Assembly (NCBI GenBank): GCA_014190355.1
Contig: BJGH01000001.1
Coordinates: forward strand, 244,957-308,956
Direction: 5' to 3'
From: Alphaproteobacteria bacterium
GTDB lineage: Bacteria; Pseudomonadota; Alphaproteobacteria; Rickettsiales; UBA1997
DNA: 64,000 nucleotides
Positions 62,248 to 64,000 of the stretch are shown here, piece by piece. Position 1 is the stretch's first letter; each line of letters opens with the position of its first letter. The position numbers were made by a program, and so were the translations under genes. The notes under the pieces were generated by a model, which searched no databases, was not told the DNA's origin, and saw only the letters and a program-made list of their open reading frames with translations.

Positions 62248-64000
62248 ATGCCAAACAATCAAACCTCTAATTTGCCTTCAAAATATATTCCTCTTCGAAA
62301 CCATTCCACTTACTCACTTTGCCAAGGAGCAATTAAAATTACTGATTTGATTGAAAAAGCTAAGAGTTATGAAATCCCTGCCCTTGGGATCTGCGATTCA
62401 CAGAATTTGTTTGGAGCGCTAGAATTTTCTTTAACTTGCAAGAAATCAGGAATTCAACCAATTTTAGGTTGCGAATTATTGGTTGATTTTAACCTGCTTG
62501 AACAAAAAAACCCCAGCCACCTTGATATTCAAAACTCATTATGTCCCTTACCTTTATTTGCTTTAAATGAAGAAGGTTACAAAAATTTAATGTATCTGGT
62601 TAGTCAGTCTTTTTTAAATCGCCAAAATACCATTACTCCTCATGTTAATTTTAATTTATTAACAAAAAAATCTACCGGCATAATCTGTTTGTCAGGAGGA
62701 GTTGAAGGGGTTATCGGCAAAATGATTATTCAAAATCAAGATAAAAATGCTGAAAAAATTTGTGAAGAATTAGCAAAAATTTTTAAAGATAATTTTTATC
62801 TTGAAATAACTCGTCATGGCACAAAAAATGAAGAAAAATGTGAGCCAAAATTTTTAGAATTAGCTCAAAAAAAATCTTTACCTATTGTTGCAACCAATAA
62901 TGTTTTTTTTATTGATCAAGAGATGTTTGAAGCGCAGGATATTTTGTCATGTATTTATGATGGTTTGTTAATTAGTGAAACCAATCGTAAAAAAAATACT
63001 CCACAACAATATTTAAAAAATCCTCAAGAATTTTGCGAGCTTTTCAGTGATCTGCCAGAAGCCATCAACAACACCATTTTAATTGCTAAAAAATCTTTAA
63101 CCATGGCTTTTGAAAGACCTCCCACCCTCCCTAAATTCAGCAATGAAATAGGTTTTGATGAAGCCCAAGAATTAAAAAAACAAGCGCAAGATGGTTTAAA
63201 TATTAGACTTAAACAAAAATTTATTTTAGAAGAAACTTCACAAACCCAGCAAGAAATTCTCAATCAACAATATTTTGATCGCTTAGATTATGAATTATCG
63301 ATCATAATCCGTATGAATTTTTCCGGATATTTTTTGATAGTTTCTGATTTCATCAAATGGGCAAAAAATCAAGAAATTCCAGTTGGACCAGGAAGAGGAT
63401 CAGGAGCTGGATCAGTTGTGGCATGGGCTTTAAAAATTACTGATCTTGACCCAATTCGTTTTGGTTTACTTTTTGAAAGATTTTTAAATCCAGACCGTGT
63501 TTCAATGCCTGATTTTGACATTGATTTTTGTCAAACTCGCCGAGATGAAGTTATCGATTATGTTCAGAAAAAATATGGCAGCGATTATGTCGCTCAAATC
63601 ATTACCTTTGGAAAACTCCAAGCCCGTGCAGTTTTAAAAGATGTCGGAAGGGTTTTAAATATGCCATATAGCCAAGTTGATCGAATCTGCAAATTAATCC
63701 CTTTTAATGCTGTTGAAGCAGTTACTTTAGAAAAAGCAATTGAGATGGATAAAGATCTTCAGCAAGCAATCAAAGAAGATCCCCAAATCACTAAATTGGT
63801 TGATATCGGTCTAAAACTCGAAGGGCTTAATCGCCACGCATCAACCCATGCCGCAGGGGTGGTAATTGGCGATAAACCTCTTCACGAAATCTGTGCTTTG
63901 TATAATGATCAAGGCTCATCAATGCCTGCAGTTGGCTATTCCATGAAATATGCAGAATCGGCAGGTTTAGTAAAATTTGATTTTTTAGGATTAAAAACTT
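62248..64000 (+). CDS. dnaE: DNA polymerase III alpha subunit (3' end runs off the window)
   Basis: Manual translation from ATG 62248 gives LRNHSTYS, PILGCE, GPGRGSGAGS, FERFLNPDRVSMPDFDIDF, STHAAGVVI, KFDFLGL. Confidence 0.97.
   Translation, partial: MPNNQTSNLPSKYIPLRNHSTYSLCQGAIKITDLIEKAKSYEIPALGICDSQNLFGALEFSLTCKKSGIQPILGCELLVDFNLLEQKNPSHLDIQNSLCPLPLFALNEEGYKNLMYLVSQSFLNRQNTITPHVNFNLLTKKSTGIICLSGGVEGVIGKMIIQNQDKNAEKICEELAKIFKDNFYLEITRHGTKNEEKCEPKFLELAQKKSLPIVATNNVFFIDQEMFEAQDILSCIYDGLLISETNRKKNTPQQYLKNPQEFCELFSDLPEAINNTILIAKKSLTMAFERPPTLPKFSNEIGFDEAQELKKQAQDGLNIRLKQKFILEETSQTQQEILNQQYFDRLDYELSIIIRMNFSGYFLIVSDFIKWAKNQEIPVGPGRGSGAGSVVAWALKITDLDPIRFGLLFERFLNPDRVSMPDFDIDFCQTRRDEVIDYVQKKYGSDYVAQIITFGKLQARAVLKDVGRVLNMPYSQVDRICKLIPFNAVEAVTLEKAIEMDKDLQQAIKEDPQITKLVDIGLKLEGLNRHASTHAAGVVIGDKPLHEICALYNDQGSSMPAVGYSMKYAESAGLVKFDFLGLKT

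Overview
A very AT-rich bacterial chromosome segment in the standard genetic code, most likely from a Rickettsiales-like alphaproteobacterium. That inference rests on a Rickettsiales-type VirD4, a Rickettsia-type Icd C-terminus and the alphaproteobacterial argS-SPOR gene order. It runs from a truncated gyrA to a truncated dnaE and is mostly housekeeping: trmFO, msbA, argS, recN, aroE, nusA, infB, hisF, lnt, icd, pheS, dprA, mlaE, pgi, tRNA-Cys, nadK, rlmB, folE, skp, xerC. I saw no prophage, IS element or CRISPR array. The most interesting items are: (1) a TonB-dependent uptake operon led by a CxxC...RAPP (DUF2946/CruR-like) arrest-peptide gene, with a three-helix intergenic RNA structure anchored on the codons right after RAPP and a His-rich TonB, which may be a metal-sensing ribosome-stalling switch; (2) an unannotated ~80-nt structured RNA with its own near-consensus sigma70 promoter upstream of dnaE; (3) an alpha-carbonic anhydrase lacking two of its three zinc ligands; (4) a furan/methyl fatty acid-type gene cluster; (5) a tandem pair of GT-C-like membrane proteins beside lnt; (6) orphan effector-like proteins, a stand-alone virD4, an expanded DprA and a 203-bp tandem duplication. 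All calls come from reading motifs by eye, with no database searches.
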